Shown in pieces: positions 14,127-26,526 of a stretch of DNA of 64,000 bases (positions are counted from its first letter, which is position 1; every line of letters begins with the position of its first letter). The notes below the pieces were generated by a model, which saw nothing but the letters and a program-made list of their open reading frames with translations, was not told where the DNA came from and made no database searches. The DNA is from Octopus vulgaris (Eukaryota). Location: the NCBI GenBank assembly GCA_951406725.2, contig OX597828.1, positions 23,064,001 through 23,128,000 on the forward strand. Direction: 5' to 3'. Made by a program: the position numbers and the translations under genes.

Positions 14127-14516
14127 AGGCGGTGAGCTGGTAGACTCGATATCAAAATGCTTAGCGGCATTTCATCCGTCTTTACTTCCTCAATTCAATT
14201 TCCGCTAGGTCTTCTCTGTTTTCGGGGTCGATGACATGGGGACCTGTTGAGCTCTGGTGTAATCGATTTATCGCATTTCTTGAATTTAGTGGCCTTCAGT
14301 GGTGTATGGTGTTTGTTGTATTGGGTGTGCTTCCACACCCAGTGCCATCAAATTTCAAGTATGTGTATGACAAAAGTTTTCCATTAAGATATGTGATTAA
14401 ATTAACGAGTAAGATTAAAATTTATAATAGATTTGACATTTTCGATGGGTGCACATCGCAGACCTAGCACATCTGGAATATACGCCCCTGGTAGCCTTCT
14501 GCCAAAACTTTAAATT
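14127..14516 (+). mobile_element. Family A SINE interrupted in its tail by an hAT MITE
   Basis: AGGCGGTGAGCTGG head and TTCGGGGTCGAT core; the tail GGCCTT...TGCCAAAA is split by 14297-14490. Confidence 0.75.
14297..14490. mobile_element. hAT-type MITE, 194 bp, with 8-bp TSD
   Basis: TIRs CAGTGGTGTAT and ATACGCCCCTG (9/11 match). TSD GTGGCCTT (14289-14296) and GTAGCCTT (14491-14498). Confidence 0.82.
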
Positions 14517-15531
14517 ATTGCAAGGTTGAAGCTCAATATAAAGTGTAATGGAATGAAAGATATACGGTAAAAGGTATAAAGTACCATACATAAACTACGG
14601 ATGATAAAATCGACTAGCCCCTCCCCTAACATCTCCGGGTTTTTGACTATATTACACCAATGGAACGCACACATATTCAGAAGCATGTTATACATAAACT
14701 GTAGCACCAGAATTTCGAATTTTTAGCTCAGATCGTAAATCTGGAATGCAAATTATTCTATAACTTTTCTCAGACTATTTCACTGTACAAAACAAAGGAC
14801 ATACGACTGAATGGCGATTTGTGGCATTTAGTTTCACGCCTGATCGTCCAGTTTGCTAGATTTTAGAGCAAAATTTTTAAGAGATGATAGCCCACTGTCT
14901 TAAGTGCCAGTTTGGCACATACTAAAGTTTCGACGGTATGCATCGTAGGCAACTGATTTTTGTCTGTGTCCGTGTATGGAAACAAAAACAATTACGGTAT
15001 GGAAGACATATATTAGGCATTAAAAACTACACAACGTCTGTCAACTTCACTTAAACATTTATTGCTGTGTAACAAAATTGTTACTGCATTAACAGCGACC
15101 CTGTCACAGACGCGATTCCAGTGCAGCTCTAAAATATACAACACCGCGGTATACCAAAATAATGTTCCATGTAGCAAGCTGGGTACAACTGAAAATGCTT
15201 TCATCGCAGATTTTGCTTCACAGGGATTCATATGGATTGAAGAAGAAATATCAATCGCAATCATTATCAACAGAAATTTGTACATAAATAAAATCTGCGA
15301 ACTTCACCTTTATTTTCAACATTTCATATATAGTATCGCGTTCATATTTATTTGAACGTTTACAGGTTTCTTACACCAGACTGATTAATAAAATCAGTGA
15401 AAGGGAATCGCTTTGGGAGGTCTAAGGTCATTTGATCTCTCAAATAAGATTTAATCAATTACTGGAAAGTATATAATACAATACATATATATATACATAT
15501 ACAATACATATATATATACACATACATTCAT

Positions 15532-15601
<70 letters not shown>

Positions 15602-15693
15602 GCAGCTATATATATATATGCGTACGTACATATATACATACATTCATATATATATATATCCATACATATATAAATATATACATATATGTGTGC

Positions 15694-15764
<71 letters not shown>

Positions 15765-15769
15765 TATAT

Positions 15770-15972
15770 AGTTAATACAAACAAGAAAGCACAAAAAATA
15801 CAACAACGCGAGGACGTGGAACAAATATAGTATTATTGGACGCTCAGGAAAGAATGAGGATTTAACGTTTCGAGCGGAGCTCTTCGTCGGAAACATAGGA
15901 GATGGAAACATCCAGAGAAGGGAAGACAGAGGGAAAAAAATCGCCAACGGTACACACGAGGTCACATTTTGA
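15770..15972 (-). mobile_element. Short Penelope-derived element (family H1) with a minimal hammerhead-like motif, inside (TA)n
   Basis: Minus strand of 15860-15894 reads GTTT-CCGACGA-A-GAGC-TCC-GCTC-GAA-ACGT-T-AAAT. Close paralog at 18280-18484. Confidence 0.75.
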
Positions 15973-15994
15973 AATATATATATATTTATGTATG

Positions 15995-16078
<84 letters not shown>

Positions 16079-16112
16079 TGTTTATATATATATGTATGTA
16101 TGTATGTATGTA

Positions 16113-16958
16113 CGAGATGGTCTCGGAATTTTGCAATGTCATTTTATTCACTTAGTTTTACGTTAACACTTTCATCACCTCCAACGTATTCTACATTTGA
16201 AACAATGCATCGGTGCAGACGCGTGTTTCACTGTTCGAAGCAGTGCCGGAACTATTGCGAAATGATGCTTTTTAACGCCTTAGTCTGTTTTTTGTTTTTT
16301 TCTGCTTTGATTTTTATCTGTCCACCTCTTCCACGCCTGAAAATTCCGGAGCACCAGCTTTCATCAGCAGTAATAACCTGCAATAAAAGTTCTGAATGAA
16401 CCTCCAGCTTTGCTTGAAGTTCACGGCACGCGTTCACCCGTGACTGCTTTTGATATTCCGTTAGACGGGGAGTCACAAGTTTTGCTGAATACTTTTCATT
16501 CGCAATTCCTTACTCAAAACTTGTTGACAGGAGCTCCAGAACGTGCTCATCAATGATTCATTGCCTTTCCTCCGAGATCGCTTCATTAATTGTCATGCCG
16601 TTTTAATTCGTTCGAGAGATCGACGTTCGCTTTGAACCACTCGTTAACTTCTCTTTTGCTCATGGCAGCGTGATTGTAAGCTGTTTCAACCCTGAGAACT
16701 GTTTCGGTCACCGTCTTTCCCGGCATAAAGCAGAATTTAACGGAAGCACGTGATTCCTTCGTTCAAGCCACCGCAAAAATCGACGAACAAGACACTGCAA
16801 AACAAAGACGCACGACGTGGACGTACAACCTCACGGGACGACGCTGGTCAGAAAGCTTATCACTCAGAGCTGCATGAAATGGCTTCTAGCAGCAAAAGCA
16901 CGAACAACGAGCTTCGCCAACAGAGATTTTTTCCGGTTACTTTTGGGTGTCCTTCATG
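16113..16958 (-). mobile_element. Internally deleted, decayed mariner (Tc1/mariner) transposon flanked by TA
   Basis: Minus-strand peptides: RASVKFCFMPGKTVTETV (N-terminal HTH), PRLTEYQKQSRVNACREL...VITADESWC (first catalytic D), and HCFEQ*NTRLHRCIVSNVEYVGGD (C-terminus). TA at 16111-16112 and 16959-16960. Confidence 0.92.
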
Positions 16959-17089
16959 TATATAAATATATATATATAAATATATATATATATACATGCA
17001 TATGTATACATACACATATGTATATATATATACACACACACGTATATCACGTATGTATATCCACGTATGTATAGATATTTATATATATA

Positions 17090-17131
<42 letters not shown>

Positions 17132-17145
17132 AAAGATACATTTAT

Positions 17146-17171
17146 ATATAGATGTGAATCTATGTGTATAT

Positions 17172-17221
<50 letters not shown>

Positions 17222-17332
17222 CATATATATAGATATGAATGTATGTGTATACATATAAATATATATATTAAATATATATATACATATATACAAATATATA
17301 TTTATATATAGACGTGGATGTGTGTGTATATG
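17146..17332. repeat. Higher-order ~80-bp minisatellite within a TA tract (3 units)
   Basis: ATAGATGTGAATCTATGTGTATA, ATAGATATGAATGTATGTGTATA and ATAGACGTGGATGTGTGTGTATA near 17148, 17229 and 17308. Confidence 0.7.
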
Positions 17333-17437
17333 TATAAATATAAATGTATATATATATATATTATTTATATATACATATATATAAATCTACATTTATATAA
17401 GTATATATGTATGTATGTATGAATTGGCATATACATA

Positions 17438-17530
17438 ATGGTATGAAGGTGCCATCCTATAGAAGACAAAGAGGTAAATTCAGGAAGAGAAATGACATAA
17501 TGCAGACAATGGAATGGTGTAGGTCAGTTC
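17438..17530 (+). pseudogene. Possible RTE LINE ORF 3' remnant
   Basis: GMKVPSYRRQRGKFRKRNDIM resembles the RTE C-terminal GxRxRGRPRKRWxDxI. Confidence 0.3.
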
Positions 17531-17898
17531 CAGTACAGCATTCAACATTTGCTTTAGATAATCAAATATGATTAATTTAGGAACAATGCCCTGTAAGGTT
17601 GCCAATATTTCCTATTTTCCCCTAGCCGGGAAAAAATGAGGTCACTAAATTTATACATACATATATATATACGTGTGTGGTGGAGGGGAATGTGTCTTAG
17701 GGATGTGTTTATAGATGTGTGTGTTAGTGTCTGTATATGCGTGTAGGTGCGTGTATGTGTGTGTGATTGTGTGGTACGTGTGTGTGCATGCATAAATGTA
17801 TAAATAAATACATATATATATACAGATACATATATACAAAGAATTATATTCTATACACACCGATAAACATCATGAATCTATGGATGCATATATAAGCA

Positions 17899-17963
<65 letters not shown>

Positions 17964-18125
17964 CTCTCTATATATATATATATGGTAAATGAAAGACGGA
18001 AAATGGGATCTAGGAGAATATAAAAGTGGGAGACTCAACAACTGGCTCAGGAGCATCCGGCGGTGCAGGTGTAACTCCTCGGGGTGTTAAATTGATAAAA
18101 CTTGCTAAAATATATTGTGTGTATG

Positions 18126-18183
<58 letters not shown>

Positions 18184-18279
18184 TATATATGTATATGTAT
18201 TTATATGTATGTATGTATGTATGTAAATGTGGATACAGATATGTTTATATAAATCCTTCAATATATATATATATATATA

Positions 18280-18484
18280 GTTAATCCAAACAAGAAAACA
18301 CAAAAAAAAAAACACAGAAACGCGAGGGCGTGGAACAAATAAAGTGTTATTGGACGCTCAGGAAAGAAGGGAAAGAGGGTTTAACGTTTCGAGCGGAGCT
18401 CTTCGTCGGAAACAAAGGAGAAGGAGAGATCCCGAGAAGGGAAGACAGAGGAAAAAAATTGCTAGCGGTGCTCACGAGGTCACA
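18280..18484 (-). mobile_element. Second family H1 element with a minimal hammerhead-like motif, inside (TA)n
   Basis: Minus strand of 18379-18413 reads GTTT-CCGACGA-A-GAGC-TCC-GCTC-GAA-ACGT-T-AAAC. Colinear with 15770-15972. Confidence 0.78.
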
Positions 18485-18977
18485 TATATATATATATATA
18501 CATATGTAAGCATGTTTTATGCATTTATGTTTGTGTATATTTCTGCACGTATGCATGCACTTACTTATGTACGCGTGAAGTTTAAAAAAATTTGCTCTTG
18601 GAAATGACGGTTGTAATGCATAACGAAAACAAGAATTTTCACGTTTCGTTTTTTGTTTATAGTCCCAGATTGCATTGGCATGCAGACTCACACGCACACA
18701 CACAACACACAACACACAAACACACACAGACAAAGATACAAATACAAGCGTGCGCATGCTTAGCACCCGCATAAATTTACGAGCACACTCATAAACGCCG
18801 GCAATCGCCTGTATAATCGTAATCAATGGGTGAGAATGTGCGCGGCTCCGTGCAGGAGACATTCCACTTACCTTTGACATATGAGTTTCCAATGCATAAA
18901 ACTCCGATATTTACATAGGCAAGAACATTTATCCTCCATTAACATCAGATGCATGCTTGTGTTTATGTTTGCGTCCG

Positions 18978-18987
18978 TGTGTGCGTA

Positions 18988-19018
<31 letters not shown>

Positions 19019-19030
19019 ATGTGTGTGTGT

Positions 19031-19105
<75 letters not shown>
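18978..19105. repeat. Long (GT)n microsatellite
   Basis: Direct reading. Confidence 0.98.
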
Positions 19106-19109
<4 letters not shown>

Positions 19110-19963
19110 TATTCGATTCTGTACACGTGTTTGTGGATGTATATTTGTTTTTAATTGGTAGTATTCTTTGCTAGTTCTGCGCTGAATATCTTCCTCAGGG
19201 AATAACATAGTGAATGAGTATTGAGAGATTCTTTTACTTGTAGCTGCGACGTCACTCACCCGGAGTGTGTTGAGCTGTTTCCAACCAGCGCGTTACCATG
19301 TCCATCACAAATGCTAACCACCTGTGACGGTTGACACTGACGTTCCAAAGTAATGCAGCCAAAATCTCTGGCTTGCAAATCTGACAAAAGCTTCCGTTGA
19401 AGAGCTAGTGCGTCGGATAGTCAGACGCCATTCGTTGTTAGGAGCAGAGATCACGTTGATTCACATGGAAGTAGCAATGAGAATGAATTTTCGCGAAAAT
19501 CCGTTCGACAGGCTTCAGTACAATTTTTCCCAGACCAATTTCCCTAGCAACGTAAACGCAGAGTATTGGAAATAGAAGATCTCCCTGCCCAAATTTCGAA
19601 ACCGGTACATTTTGTTTTCCACAGGTTCCATTCGTATATGTTAAACATTCACTTAGAACATGGCTACACACAGTAACAAACACACACGTGTACGCATAGA
19701 CACACTAGTGAACGTGCGCAAGCACACAAAGTGACACAGACAGGCCCATATGTATAACAAGATTGTAAAATAGTCAAATACGTAACTCGGTAGACAGATT
19801 AGTAGGTAGACCGTCAGAGGGACAGATAGACACATCGATCGATTGATAGATAGATAGAATGATATAAAAGGCTACAAGCTTAGACATCTATACATATATG
19901 CTTAGATGCATACATATATACTTGCATATATATATTTATATAAATATGTATGTAATTATATAC

Positions 19964-20000
<37 letters not shown>

Positions 20001-20649
20001 CACGCACACAGACATACACACAAATTTGTCTATGTCTATAATACTTATCGCAGCTATTGCGTCATCAGCACTCATCCTAAAGAGCAGCTACTTTTTAAAT
20101 CCTAAGTAATTTAATCTATTACAATTCTAAAATATATATCTATATGACATGTTTTTCATTTCATATGTCTGTCGACGGATTCCAAGTTGGTTTCCAAAGA
20201 GTATCGCTTGCGTTACTGTGATACCATGAAAGTATATACTCAACACGTACTTGTAGAATATAGATTCGCAGAACAGTTCTAATATGTACAAGTCTGCGTG
20301 TCTATCGATCATCAAATTATTATCATTATTATTGCTAATATTATTACATTTGTTATTTGTATTGTTACTTTGTGTAGATGCTCTATAATTTGAACGATTG
20401 TGAATTTTTATTCTTTATGCCATATTTGCCAAGAAAACTATAGTTTTAATTAATTAAAAGGAAAAAAACTATTTTCGAACAAGACAAGTAAGTTGCCTTT
20501 AAGAGATCCTTCAAGCAATTATTATTCAGATATAATTAAGTGAAATAATATATATATATCAATTTACGTTTAGTCGAAGAGGCAACAGCATACACACAAC
20601 ATAGAAGTACACACGTACACATACGCACGCACACACACACATATGTATA

Positions 20650-20700
<51 letters not shown>

Positions 20701-21403
20701 CCTCATATAAATGTCGATGTATGTGTATTATATATTATATATTTGCGTTTATGTATGAATATATGTATATTCAAAAATACACTCAACTAGATATTACATA
20801 CACTTACATCGACATTTATATGTGGATATACACAGACACAGACACACACACACACACACACATATATAGAAATACATGTGTGTGTGTGTATGTATTGTAG
20901 TCAATATAATATAATATTTCACTTTACTTCAACTTTTTCCTATACTTACCGTCAAAGCAGGTTACATACAAATCACCCATTTCCTTACTTCTTCAAGTAA
21001 CTTCAATGTTATGTATCTACCAAAATATATATGGACCCTAAATGACAGAGCAGAGAGTAAACTCACAATGATGTTATGTGTTGTCCAACCACAATAGCAC
21101 AAACTATCTGTGGTAGCCGCTATAAAGATATCCAACAGGAAAAATGTGATTAGGCTCTCTAGATGGAAAAAAGAAGGAAAAAAAAATTCTTTTCATGCTG
21201 CCATGAAATGAAATAATTACCACGCATTCAAGCAAAATGTTGTACTAGAACCTTTCGAGCCACTGGCAGCTTCAACCAAAGCATTCACCTGAAGCTTGGT
21301 TAAGCAGTCAACGCTTAGAATCGAGCCAAATTTATGAAAAACGCTAGTCTTTCTTCGCATTCTGTTACCTCTTAAGAAAGCTGTCAAGTATCTCGGACCT
21401 TCT

Positions 21404-21508
21404 CGCTTTCATCGGCAGATCGAGAAATTAAATTTTTGTAACGAAACTTTCAAACTTCGGACATTGTTTAGTTACAAAAATTTATTTCTCGATCTGCCAT
21501 TGAAAGTG
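21404..21508. repeat. Inverted repeat, ~43-bp arms with an 18-nt loop (likely MITE core)
   Basis: CGCTTTCATCGGCAGATCGAGAAATTAAATTTTTGTAACGAAAC versus the reverse complement of 21466-21508, CACTTTCAATGGCAGATCGAGAAATAAATTTTTGTAACTAAAC. Confidence 0.85.
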
Positions 21509-22136
21509 ATAATATCCAGTATCTCAAACATTTCTGTCATTGAAAATAATGCTTTTCCTAGTTCGGAACTACTGCCGATGTTAGAGATAAAGACGCCAGC
21601 CGCTGAGAGACCGTAGAAAAAAAAAAGGAAAAAGAAAAAGAATGTGCAACGTGGTGATTTATGCAGTCTAAGCTACGAAGAATTGGCTACCCTTTCGTCC
21701 GAAGAGATTATAAAATTTTACAGTACTGCTAAGTTAGGGCAATTAAGATTTGAACAGCAGTAACTTTTCTGTATTTATGTTTCACTCTTGCAAACCGCTG
21801 CTGCTTCATTCATGGTCGTAACAACAAGGGCTTGCTAAAGCGGATGTAAGACACACACCTGTCCAATGTTAGAACTGCTACGTATTAGAAATTCTTTGCG
21901 TACATGTATTCTACGAATATGTCATGAGTGTATACTTTAATGGTATCTTTGCGATACAAGTTAGACTCTTTTGATAATAACATGGTTATCTGGAAATGTG
22001 TGTGTGTGTGTGTGTGTGCGTGTGTGTGTATGTGTTTGAATTTATGTTCAATGAAATTAAATTAAAATACTTTACCTTAATCTAATGCGTTACTCTAGAT
22101 TTTTGTAGAGTACAGATTTATTATTCTTAAACATAA

Positions 22137-22200
22137 TAAAGGCGGTGCTCCAGCATGGCCGCAGTCAAATGACTGAAACAGGTAAAAGAGTAAAAGAGTA
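22137..22200 (+). mobile_element. Well-conserved 5'-truncated 3' end of a family B SINE
   Basis: TAAAGGCGGTGCTCCAGCATGGCCGCAGTCAAATGACTGAAAC plus a (TAAAAGAG)n tail. Confidence 0.85.
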
Positions 22201-22301
22201 TATAAAACGTACATACACATACACATACAGAGAGGGATAATATATATATAGATATATATATGCATTATAACATGTATATGTATTTATATATATCTGTGTG
22301 C

Positions 22302-22357
<56 letters not shown>

Positions 22358-23030
22358 ACATACCTGTATATATACATATACATATGCGTATGTATGTATT
22401 TATGTATGCATACATGCATGTATGTATGTATATATGTGTGTATATCATCATGCTAAGAAACTCCAGTTTCCCCGTCAGTTACAGTACTCAGCAAAACAAT
22501 TTAAGGTCTTTATAACCCGATCATCCCCTCTACCACCATCACTAAAACTAACATCTGCAATATGGACACTGTCAACACCCATACATCCATGACTATCACT
22601 CACGAAATCTTGCTGCTGTCTCCAACAATTAAATAACCCCCACCATCACCGTCCCTTCTCTCCCTTTCCTGCCCTCATATTTCAACTGGCAGAATTCCTT
22701 ACAAGCCAAATCTTTTGACACACACCGGTTGAAATGTGCATTAGTAGTTAATAGAAGATTATCGATATGAAAGAAATCAAATTAAAGCGGTCACGTGTTT
22801 TGATAGCATCCGGTGTTCGATGCGAAGAAGAAAGACAGACACTAGGAGTCTGTCTTGAGACGTTGCTTCGTTTTCAAATATGATTACCGCGGATGAATGA
22901 TAGCGTTTTCGGACGAAAGATTGATTACGAAAATCTAGTTAAGGAGATGAAGAGCGAAAAAGAGAACGGTATAGAGAGGGAGACAACTCGACATAATTAC
23001 ATACATACATACATATATATGTATGTATGT

Positions 23031-23095
<65 letters not shown>

Positions 23096-23150
23096 CACAT
23101 AAAAACATACACCATACACGCACGCACACACAACAAACACACAAACATAC

Positions 23151-23189
<39 letters not shown>

Positions 23190-23601
23190 CATACAAAACG
23201 ATGCAAACAGAGAGATGCAGTCAGAAAGAGACGAAGAAAGAGGGGGAGAAAGAGAGAGAGAGAAAGTGTGCGTGTGTGTGTGTGTATTTGTGTATGTATG
23301 TATGTGTGTGTGTGTGATTGAGTGAGAGAAATACACAAGACTTTGGAAGATATATAGATATATCGAGTAGTTTGGTGGAGTTTTCTTTTTCTTGTGAAGA
23401 AACCAGAATGCAAATGTTTTAAATTGATAATCTAAACATCTACATAGGCATTCGAGTAAACAAAAAAACTTAACGAAGTACCGGGGCAGTGATTTACGGC
23501 TTCTTATCCTTAAAGGAAGTAAGGCGTACTTAAGTTCATACGTATGTATCTCTGATTGTGTGTGTCTGTTTGTCTATGTATATATGTATATATGTATATA
23601 T

Positions 23602-23760
23602 GTAGGGAGAGTTTACGAAAAAACAAAAGACGAGGACAGATGGTGTACAAAACAAATAGATGTATTAGTATAACACTCAGGAATAGAAAAAGTCTTTCAA
23701 GTTTCGACCCTATGCTCTTCTACAGAAAGGGACACAGCGAAAACAAGGAGAGAAAAAAAT
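23602..23760 (-). mobile_element. Penelope-derived element (family H2) with a decayed hammerhead-like motif
   Basis: Minus strand reads CTTT-CTGTAGA-A-GAGC-ATAG-GGTC-GAAAC-TTG-AAAG. Colinear with 59517-59750. Confidence 0.65.
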
Positions 23761-23794
23761 ATATATATACACATACATAGACGAGCATACTAAT

Positions 23795-23980
23795 TCGCTG
23801 GTGTAAAGGTAACACAGTCGCGTTAACAAAAGGTTCCGAGTCCCAATCCAACTGGGATTGGCGTTGCGTTTCAAACCTCGGGGTCGATAAAGTAAGTTCC
23901 ATTTGAGCACTAGGGTCGATATATTCTATGTAGCCTCTGTCACGAGATTGCTAGCATTGTGCCAAAGTTTGAAACCAGTA
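23795..23980 (+). mobile_element. Decayed family A-related SINE
   Basis: CTCGGGGTCGATAAAGTAAGT...GGGTCGAT...TTGTGCCAAAGTTTGAAACC. Confidence 0.65.
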
Positions 23981-24323
23981 TATATATATATATATATATA
24001 AACACACATGCACACACATATATATATGTAACTATGTATATTTATACATGTGTGTGTATGTATATACGTATATATAGAAATGTATGTGTATGCGTGCGCG
24101 TGTGTGTTTAAAGATCGTACCTATCAAATTTCTCTTTAGAATAGCATTTCTTGTTTATTTATGTCTTGTGGATATGAAGGAAAAAAAATTATCCATTTGG
24201 ATTGATAAGGATACAAAATTAACACGTAAATAGTACCGGAGACACTCTGAAATAGATGGGCAAGTAAATATGTAGATAAATATTTACATAGATTTGTAGC
24301 CAGAGAGAGGGTGAGAGCAGATG

Positions 24324-24385
<62 letters not shown>

Positions 24386-24428
24386 CAGACAGACATATAG
24401 ATAGATAGATTGATTGATAGATAGATAC

Positions 24429-24509
<81 letters not shown>

Positions 24510-24911
24510 CAGACAGATAGAAAAACAGATCGACAGTGAAACAATGAGACTGAACGTGAGATGGATATATATTTAGAGGAAGACATCTGTTCACATAACT
24601 AGTTATGTAAAAATAGTTATAATCATTCACACATAAACCAGAGATGAACCTTCGCCAAAGTATAATCATATCAATATCAGGAAAATATTGAACAGAGTCT
24701 GAAAACGTAGCAGAAACATGATAAATAACATAAAGTGAAAGAAAATATAAACAAAATACGATGAGAAGAGTAGAAATCAAAGTTTTATTTGATTTGCAAC
24801 GTGGCATATTGTTTTTGTCTGCGTTGTAAAAATGGTGGAAATAAACTGTGTTATAGAAAATCATAAACGATTGCTAAAAAATCAATAAACATACATACTG
24901 ACACACACATA

Positions 24912-25115
24912 TATATATATATATTGAAGTATGAATTAAATATATCTATATATATATATATTGAAGTATGAATTACATATACATATATATGGAAGTATGA
25001 ATTATATATATTCATACATATATGCATAAAATGTAAGATTCATATACCTGTGAGATTTTACACGCATATAGATACATATACATACGTACACGCATATAGA
25101 TACATATACATACGT
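24912..25115. repeat. Local tandem duplications: 3x T(T/G)GAAGTATGAATTA with TA spacers, and a 28-bp unit twice
   Basis: Units at 24924, 24961 and 24990; TACACGCATATAGATACATATACATACG at 25059 and 25087. Confidence 0.85.
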
Positions 25116-25174
25116 CCACACTCACACAAATTGGAGAGAATAGAGTTTTATTTCTATTATTTGTTTAATAGATC

Positions 25175-25213
25175 GCACTACAAACGTTTCGACCTTTGAT
25201 CGCCCTCAAGTGC
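25175..25213 (-). other. Degenerate hammerhead-like motif (possible third Penelope family)
   Basis: Minus strand reads GCAC-TTGAGGG-C-GATC-AAA-GGTC-GAA-ACGT-TTGTA-GTGC. Confidence 0.4.
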
Positions 25214-25555
25214 ACGCGAGAACTCCAATGGGTCATATATAAATAAACAGGCGCGCATACGCATACACATACAGACACATACACACATTCTTACATGAAT
25301 GTTGTTATATCGACTTATATTTAAAGCAATTTCATCTTCTAATAAAAAGTACACTTGTTGTAAAGCTATTACGAATATCTTTTTATTTTTTGCTTGTTTC
25401 AGTCATTAGCCTGCGGCCAAGCTGGGGTATCACTATTTTTTGTATACCTATTTAGAATAATTCTGCAAGCAGAGGGGTGACAGTAACTTTGAAGTCCCAG
25501 CCTGCGTCGTCAGATTGACCGACGAGCGTTTCATGTTTAATATACAAATATAATA

Positions 25556-25968
25556 AGTCGGCGAGCTGGCTGAATCGTTAGCATGCCGTGGTATTTCGTT
25601 CCGAGTTCAAATTTCGCCGAGGTCGACTTTGCTTTTTATCCTTTCGGTGTCGATAAATTAAGTAGCAATTGCGTACTGGGATCGATCAAATCGATTGGCC
25701 TCTCACCAAAAAAAAATTCGAGTCTTTTGCCTAGAGTAGAAAAGAATATTAAAATGTAATAAGGCGGCAAGTTGGCATAATCGTTAGTGTGCTGGGAAAA
25801 TTGTTTAGCGGCATTTTTTACGGCTTTAACGTCTGAGTTCAAATGTCACCGAGGACTACTCAGCCTTTTATCCTATCGCCGTAGATAAAACAAATATAAA
25901 GTGAGTACTAGAGTAGACTTAACCCCTCCAACTGAATTGCTGGCCTTGTACGAAAATTTGAAGCCAGT
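25556..25968 (+). mobile_element. Two head-to-tail family A SINEs with different tails
   Basis: Heads at about 25556 and 25762, both with GAGTTCAAAT. The first is flanked by an imperfect direct repeat AATATACAAATATAATAA / AATATTAAAATGTAATAA. Confidence 0.85.
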
Positions 25969-25999
25969 ATATAATATATGTATATATGTGTCATTGAGT

Positions 26000-26526
26000 T
26001 TATGTTTGTGTACCTACCATCGCTTGACAACCGATGTTGTTGTGTTTACGTTCCCGGAACCTAGCGATTCTACAAACGCGACACATAGAATAAGTACTAG
26101 GATTCCAAAGTGTAAGTCTTGGGGTCGATTTTTTTCGTCTAGAAAGCCCTATAAGGCGGTACTCCAGTATGGCTGCAGTCAAATCACCGAAGTAAATAAG
26201 ACAATTGAAGAATGAAAGTAGGCGTAGCTGTGCGGTAAGTAACTTGCTTACCAACCACATGGTTCCGGGTGTGTAGTGTGTGTGTGTGTGTACGTGTGCA
26301 TGCGTGTGTGTATGTTTGTGTGTGTGTTTGTGTCTATGTTTGTCCCACCACAATCGCTTGACAACCGATGTTAGTGCGTTTACGCTCCGTACCTTAGCGG
26401 TTCGGCAAAATAGAACGATAAGTACCACGCTTACAAAGAATAAGTCTTGTGGTCGATTTGTTCGACTAAAGGCGCTGCTCCATCTTGGCTGCAGTCAAAT
26501 GACTGAAACAAGTAAAAGAATAAAAG
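26000..26526 (+). mobile_element. Two adjacent family B SINE pieces (3' half at ~26000-26218; internally deleted copy at ~26219-26526)
   Basis: ATCGCTTGACAACCGATGTT and GCAGTCAAAT each occur twice; head GCTGTGCGGTAAGTAACTTGCTTACCAACCACATGGTTCCGGG. Confidence 0.85.

Noticed and set aside
20941-21020. Strong minus-strand splice donor (ACG|GTAAGTAT) with a short MGDLYVTCFD frame; a similar donor lies near 18866-18873
   Set aside because: Such motifs are expected by chance in 64 kb, and there is no recognisable protein or partner exon.
24912-25005. Repeat-spacer pattern resembling a CRISPR array
   Set aside because: Repeats are only 15 bp, spacers are TA microsatellite, there are no cas genes and the context is eukaryotic.
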